This document shows positions 62,501-64,000 of a stretch of 64,000 nt of DNA, piece by piece. The position numbers and the translations under genes were made by a program. The DNA is taken from NCBI GenBank assembly GCA_030390025.1, contig CM059438.1, positions 82,398,001 through 82,462,000 of the forward strand, given 5' to 3'. A model generated the notes under the pieces. That model was not told where the DNA came from. It saw only the letters and a program-made list of their open reading frames with translations, and ran no database searches. The stretch comes from Squalus acanthias. Its lineage: Eukaryota. The stretch's first letter is position 1. Each line of letters opens with the position of its first letter.

Positions 62501-64000
62501 TTAGAGGAACCTCACAGGATCGTAAGGGTAGTTTTGTTAAACAAGTTAATTTTGTGTGTGAACAAACTAGTAGCTGTGCAATAAAATATTCTCGGTGCTT
62601 CTTGGGTGACTTCATCTGGAAATGTAATCTCGATAGTATGAAAAATTCACCAATTCCATGCTCCCAATAGGAAGGGAATGGTTGGAGATGAGGCTACAAT
62701 ACTGCAGCACCAATTCTGATCCATCCTCCCTTTAAGCGTGGCTCCCCACTAGGAATTTGGGTAACAAGAGAAAGATGTCCCCCTGTCTGAAGTCTTCACA
62801 CTGATCACTGTAAATGATTTTCCAAAGTTGCTGAAATGCTTTTTTTTGGGGTGGGGGGGGGGGGGGGAAGTCACAAGTTGAAGCCATTATCTAATCATAC
62901 TAAAGGCATTTGTGCAGAGTTGTCTGCTACTGGAATGGCTTTTCTGTAGTTCGTACAAATTTCAAAGCCTAGAATCAGCATGAAGGAAACATTTTCTGGA
63001 AAAAAACATGAACGAACTTAAACTGTAAAAAATACCAAAGGTAAAGCCACAGGCCAAATGAACACGGTACTATTTTTTTTTTAAAAAGCTTTTATTTAAC
63101 CAGCTGGTGTGAAGATTAAGTAACGAATCGTAATAGCAGCAGACAATAATCATGTTGCAGCCAGGCGGGAGAGGGGCGGAATGAGGTGACTTTTTATAGT
63201 ATGGGAAGAAGTCAAATAGTTACCAAGCAAAATAAAATCGCCGCCATCACCCAACTCTATGATTTTTCAGTGGTGTGATTCAGTTTATTCATGGTATATG
63301 GTGGATTATAATTTAAGTTTAATTCTTACATTTACAAAAATGTTCTGCAGTTACCATTTTTTAATGCACAAATATTTCTGCAAAGAAAGGGGAAACTACA
63401 TACTGGTGACATTAATTAGAGCTTCCTACTGTTTTCGTTGTAAAAAAGGGCAATTAAACATAATTATGATTTACTAACCATTAAGATTAATTCCCAAATC
63501 GGAAATTGTCAAATAATTTAAAAAGTACTTTTAAAGCATTTGACAAAAAGCCCCTAGTGGTACTAATGTCCAATGTATTTTAAAAGTCTCAATGAAAAAA
63601 AAAATCTTAATTAGAGGCTCATTAGTATGTAAATGCATTCATGTTTTGTTACAACTGAGTAGGGATGGCTCTACAGAAAAACCTATTTAAAAAGTTATTA
63701 CAACAAATGCAAAGCTCACTATTGGTTGGTTTACAGATTTTTTTCCCCAGATAAGAAAAATAATGCTACTTTCTCATTTCAGATGTTGGCTATGCAACAT
63801 CTGGTTTAATGAGGCACTTCTGTTTGCTCTGACTTTTTGTTATAGTGGTGGCAAAATCTAAAAAATAGTCACACACATGCATAATTTTCTCTCAACCTTT
63901 TATATATACAAATTAACTGCTTGAAGACTCGAACAGCTGCTCTTCAATATCGTGCCATCATACAGGAGGCCAGATAGTGAGCATTATCAGGCTATTCAAT

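Noticed and set aside
56673-64000. Next upstream MAPKAP1 exon (GISGDKVEIDP...)
   Set aside because: Not found by manual reading; it probably lies beyond the window.

Overview
This is vertebrate nuclear DNA, not prokaryotic. The repeat content (CR1 and L2 LINEs, Deu-domain tRNA-SINEs, Penelope-derived fragments, Harbinger MITEs) points to a cartilaginous fish, most likely a shark; the species cannot be determined here. The only host gene I recognise is MAPKAP1 (SIN1, mTORC2 subunit), whose last two coding exons lie on the minus strand (56575-56672 and 42519-42641). Most ORF-track entries are chance ORFs, LINE remnants or tandem-repeat artefacts. Features the ORF track does not show are: (1) two intact-looking minimal type-I hammerhead ribozymes in Penelope-like insertions, one inside a perfect 72-bp inverted repeat; (2) a 731-bp solo LTR with TGTAA...TTACA ends and a 4-bp TSD, nested with a Penelope fragment in one CR1 tail; (3) a TIR/TSD-complete CpG-rich Harbinger-type MITE and a decayed Harbinger Myb/SANT gene; (4) a Vingi-type LINE fragment; (5) 16-bp and 36-bp minisatellites with higher-order structure; (6) a low-confidence chain of small minus-strand exons downstream of MAPKAP1 that can be spliced into an open ~155-aa ORF I do not recognise. 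I found no CRISPR array, rRNA or genuine tRNA gene, and I cannot claim a wholly new biological system. Family assignments come from remembered motifs and consensus sequences, not database searches.
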